This document shows, piece after piece, positions 59,708-64,000 of a stretch of DNA of 64,000 nt. The stretch comes from Squalus acanthias. Its lineage: Eukaryota. A program made the position numbers and the translations under genes. The stretch's first letter is position 1, and the number at the start of each line of letters is the position of its first letter. The notes under the pieces are model-generated. The model was given only the letters and a program-made list of their open reading frames with translations. It made no database searches and was not told where the DNA came from. Location of the stretch: contig CM059432.1 of the NCBI GenBank assembly GCA_030390025.1, positions 149,422,001-149,486,000 of the forward strand, given 5' to 3'.

Positions 59708-61451
59708 AGGTGGAAATTTAGGCTGGGCCTGTTTTTAGGTCCCGACCCAGCGAGTGCGCGCAGGGTACGCCCGAGCCAAGGGGCCCGAGGATCACGAGAA
59801 ACTTGTCCTCGGGCCTCATCTACGTATTTGGGGTGAGCTGCCACTGCTGGTCGTGCCTCCCACAGGCAGCTCGCCCCACAAGAAAAGTCAAGTTAGGGGC
59901 GCCTGACTGGGCAGCAGCGGACCTGGGTCTGAACTGGGAGGGGAGTTGGAGCGGGCAGTGCTGGGCACTTACTATGTGACGGAGCGCGCCAAGTCAGATT
60001 AATGCATTCCATGTTTGCTACCATCCTTGGCCCCCGCAAACCCATCGCCAGAACTTGCCTTTAGCTGAGGGCCACAGGGGCCACTGAAGGATCATTAGTT
60101 TCTGCCCCTGCCACGGCACTGAAACGGTCCTTCTGTAGCCTGGCCCATCGAAGTCCTCATCTGAGTCTTCATCTGAGCAGAACTAGTGTGCGCCCTCGCC
60201 CTCCGGCGAGCTGGCATCTGTGCTATCCTTTCCCCCCCCCTCACCCCCCCGCCCTGGCTCTTGCGCACTTGTGCCCGGTGTCTCACCATGTGCACATCCC
60301 TCCTCTATTCTAGCCTCTAACATAAACGCAGCGTCAGTCTCTGAGTTGGTGGCTGCGAGTGTAAAGATCGAGTGATGGCGTCTCTTCATCGTTACTGTCC
60401 TCGTCCGCTTCATGCACTGCCCGGGCAGGTTCCGTTTGTTGGGTATCTGAAATGAAAAGGGACAAGGGTTGGGTTGTGGTGAGGGGAGAGGAGAAAGTAA
60501 GAAGTGCGTGCTTACACCCTCTGCAGCTTCTCAGTCAGAAGAGACTGAGCAATGAGAGAAGGAGGATTAAGTATGCCGATACCCTCTCCTCAGTCACTCA
60601 GTGCCGCCAGTGGCCATGGCCTCAGCGATACCCCTTCCCATGATGGCCAGCACCGTCTCCTCCATGAGTGTTAAAACATGCAGGCGCGCTTATCCTCCTC
60701 CAGTTCTTTATGCGTCACTTTCTTCTGCAAGAAAGAGGGAAGTGTGTCAGTGAGTGTCGTGCAATATTTTTGGGCGATGTGGCTGTCATGGGTGAATAGC
60801 TGCCAGTGTGGGCGAGCTGTGAGTTGTGGGTGCGAGGCTTGCAGCAGTGCTAAGTGTGTGAGGGTGAGGTAAAGCATATGAATTGAAGGGTCGAGTACTG
60901 ATTGATGGAGATAGTTGGTAGGCGAGTGATGGGAGTGTGGTGCATTGAGCAGTGGATGAGGCTATTGGTGCAGTTAGTAGGATATGCCATTTGAAGATGA
61001 ACTCGTTCACGTTGACAACTCATGTGAGATCATTAAATGTCTTCCTGCACTGCATCCATGTTCTTGGAGCAACATTCCTGGCATTGACATCTGCCGCTAT
61101 TTCTTTCCTCTACCACCAAGGCCTCCAGTGCATTGTCTGAAAATCTTGATGCTTGCTCTCTCGCATATTCAGCCATTGCTCAATGTATCACAGCCCAGAT
61201 TCAGTTATGAAAAAACCTCCCACCACTTGTTGCAGCCACAATGCACCTCCCCTTTAAGAGGTGCAGGCTGCCTTTAAGTAACGCTAGAAACTCGCAATAT
61301 CAGGCCACCTGCTGATGCGTGCAGTGAATGAACAGCGATGGTAGCACTGGCTGCACGCAGAAATCATTTAAAAGAGCAGATAACACAAATTTAACATACT
61401 GCCTGCAACACTATGAACGGGCGTGGGTTTAATCGTGCCTGATTTCAGGTC
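59708..61451 (-). mobile_element. Decayed PIF/Harbinger element with remnants of the Myb/SANT-like gene
   Basis: Minus strand near 61176-61015: MAEYAREQASRFSDNALEALV.../IAADVNARNVAPRTWMQCRKTFNDLT; a further piece KKVTHKELEED.../MEETVLAIMGRG; weak TIRs. Confidence 0.65.
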
Positions 61452-62189
61452 TTGAATTCAAGTTCTCCCCCAAAGTGTGTTATCTTATTATCTGAGCAGT
61501 GTCTTTTGGAGTGTACACCCCATAGTTTTTAGTGTGAATGCTAATAAATGGGTTGAGAAAGTTAGCACTTTGAATACATCAAAAAGGAAAATAGAATTGC
61601 AGTTACTAAGATATGATGTGATGTTTCCAGGAAATATGAAAAAATATAGCAGGTACGGACTGGCCAGTGCAATGGATTAGACTTTGGCTTTTTACTCCTG
61701 TGATCTGGGTTCAAATCTGGCCCAGACTAATATAAAAAACTTCTCTCTCTGCAGGGTGTAGCGCTCTGATACAAAGGAGTGTGGGCAGCTTGAATCCAAT
61801 TCCTGGCAGGTGTGGGTCCACAGCATGAAACCTCTCTAATTGGTGGGTTGCAGGTTAGATTCTCCCCAGCCTGAGTTCTGATCTGTGCTCCTTTCTGTGG
61901 GAAAGGGAGGGAACCTCCGGGAAAGATGGCCTGTAGCTGGGGTTCCTGCAGCTGCCCCCAATGGCAGATTGCCCACTCGCGTTCTCGGCAACCGTCGGTG
62001 TGTGTGGCCTCGGGAGATGAAGGAAACTGAGGAGGAACTAGAAGCATTTCACATCCTTACAGAATGGGTGTGGGGAAGAACACTAATAGTGGACAAAAGC
62101 AGACAAGATCAGCTTCAGAAAAGCAGCAGAAGATCCATAGCGAGACACTAAATAAATTATTTGTATTAACTATATTTATATAACTATAT

Positions 62190-62580
62190 CCCACTCCAGA
62201 GACTTGAGCACATAAAGCTAGGCTGACACTCTAGTGCAGTGCTGAGGGAGTGCTGCACTGTCTTTCGGATGAGAGGTTAAACCGAGGCCCCGTCTGCTCT
62301 CTCGGGTGGACGTAAAAGATCCCATGGCACTATTTCGAAGAAGAGCAGGGGAGTTATCCCCAGTGTCCTGGCCAATATTTATCCCTCAACCAACATAACA
62401 AAAACAGATTATCTGGTCATTATCACATCGCTGTTTGTGGGAGCTTGCTGAGCGCAAATTGGCTGCCGCGTTTCCCACATTACAACAGTGACTCCACTTC
62501 AAAAGTACTTCATTGGCTGTAAAACGCTTTGAGACATCCGGTGGTCGTGAAAGGCGCTATATAAATGCAAGTCTTTCTTT
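62190..62580 (+). mobile_element. Deu-domain SINE, followed tail-to-tail by a partial minus copy (62580-62780)
   Basis: Deu core and gcgctatataaatgcaagtctttcttt tail. Confidence 0.82.
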
Positions 62581-62842
62581 ATCGCGCCTTTCATGACCTC
62601 AGGACGTCCCAAAGTGCTTCACAGCTAATGAAGTACTTTTTGAAGTGTAGTCATTGTTGCAATGAAGCACTCCCTCAGTGCTGCACTGAAGGGTCAAAGT
62701 AGATTTTATGCTCAAGTCTTAAGTGGGTCTTGAACCCACAACCTCCTGAATCAAATGCAAAAACACTACCACTGAGCCACGGGAATAAAGCAGGAATGGA
62801 GAACAATTGAAAGCTCAAGGGGAAAAATACATTGGAGATATT

Positions 62843-63663
62843 GGGGCTGATTTTGCCAATGGGGAGCTTTTGGAGGCGGGACTCCCACTTGTCGGGTTTC
62901 AGTCCCGCCTCCATCAACTTCTGGCCAACCCACGCTATTTTCCCTTGATTGACCTTGTTAAGCCCGCCCAGCGGGCTCAGCAGGCCAATTAAGGGGAAGC
63001 CGGTTGCAGAGAACATCAGCGTATGATGTTTCATCTGTCAAAAATTTTTGACAGATGAATTGTCATCATTTGACAGCTCTGTGAAGCTGTCAAACACTGA
63101 CATTCTCTGTAGTTTGATGAGGTCTTGAATTCAAGACCTCATCAAACCGCTTTTTTTGCAGAAATGAGATGGTTGTTGCATTGGAGATTGCAACGGCCAC
63201 CTGTCATCTCTGCCGCGGAGGTGCGAGACTCTCCGCATACCCACCGACTGAAGCCTGCAGGAAGAAACAAAGGTAAGTACACTTTTTCTAACACTTTGCA
63301 CTTACCTCAGATACTCACCTCTCCACACTTGCACCCATCACTCACCTCCACAGCGTACTTTTGGACTCCTCCGACCCCCGCAGACCCACTGCTCGCCTCG
63401 CTGACCTGGCGGGTTTCGGAGCCTTCGGGAAGCCCGCACTTGTGTGGGCAAAATGGGGATAATCCTATTTTCTGCCTGTTAACTACCTGTTAACAGGCAG
63501 TTAATTGGCTTTAATTCCTTCCCGCCTCCAAGGAGACGGGACCCGGTGCGGGACGGCTACCCGCCTCCTGGGAAGATGGCACGGAGGCAGGTTGGGCACC
63601 CGCCCCCAAATTCTGCCATTTTCCCGGCAGTCCCGCCTCCCCAGGGCTGGCAAGATCGCCCCC
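62843..63663. mobile_element. ~820-bp Harbinger-like MITE, copy 3
   Basis: TIRs ggggctgattttg / caagatcgccccc with ATT/ATA flanks; reverse complement of 49291-50123. Confidence 0.8.
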
Positions 63664-64000
63664 ATAGTTCTATGTATATCTTGATCACTTAAGAGAAATT
63701 AGAGACCACAAAACATGAGGGATTGTTTTGAGAGGACATTTTAGCGGAAAAGGGAAGGTTGGTAAAAATAACTCATAGCCTGAATTTTCAGAGTAGTGAA
63801 GAAATTCTCCTGCTATCCGCACTAAGTTTGCAGGTGTCCGGGGAGCTTGCCATTTTCTGTGCTTTAACTAATGGGCATAAAACCGCAGGGAATGTGCTTG
63901 TAGTTTCCTGATTAGACGCTGCCGGTCAGGGGCAGGGTCCCTCACTGCTGGCACCAGATTGGAACTTTGCTGCTGTTATGTTTGTGATGTTAATTATGGA

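Overview
Repeat-rich vertebrate genomic DNA, almost certainly from a cartilaginous fish (shark-type CR1 LINEs, Deu-domain tRNA SINEs, Penelope elements, Harbinger-type MITEs). On the + strand it holds the last coding exons of TRANK1 (3571-26124). These encode the UvrD-type helicase motif VI, a TPR-like region, one ~3 kb exon and a basic C-terminus, followed by a TE-free 3' UTR. The 5' end of a doublecortin-domain gene follows; synteny identifies it as DCLK3 (DCX exon 41594-41930, plus a candidate second first exon at 56266-56329). Notable points: (1) a +1 frameshift with an immediate TGA in the large TRANK1 exon at ~15245; (2) a GC-AG intron in TRANK1; (3) an N-terminal-type DCX domain that mammalian DCLK3 lacks, with an RFX X-box upstream; (4) minimal hammerhead ribozymes in Penelope ends; (5) six unrelated minisatellites whose units each carry a small hairpin; (6) two solo LTRs, each with its own 5-bp TSD; (7) a CR1 with an uninterrupted ORF2. 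Most short ORFs in the track are TE fragments or repeat artefacts. Orthology calls rest on my recall of the protein families, not on a database search.
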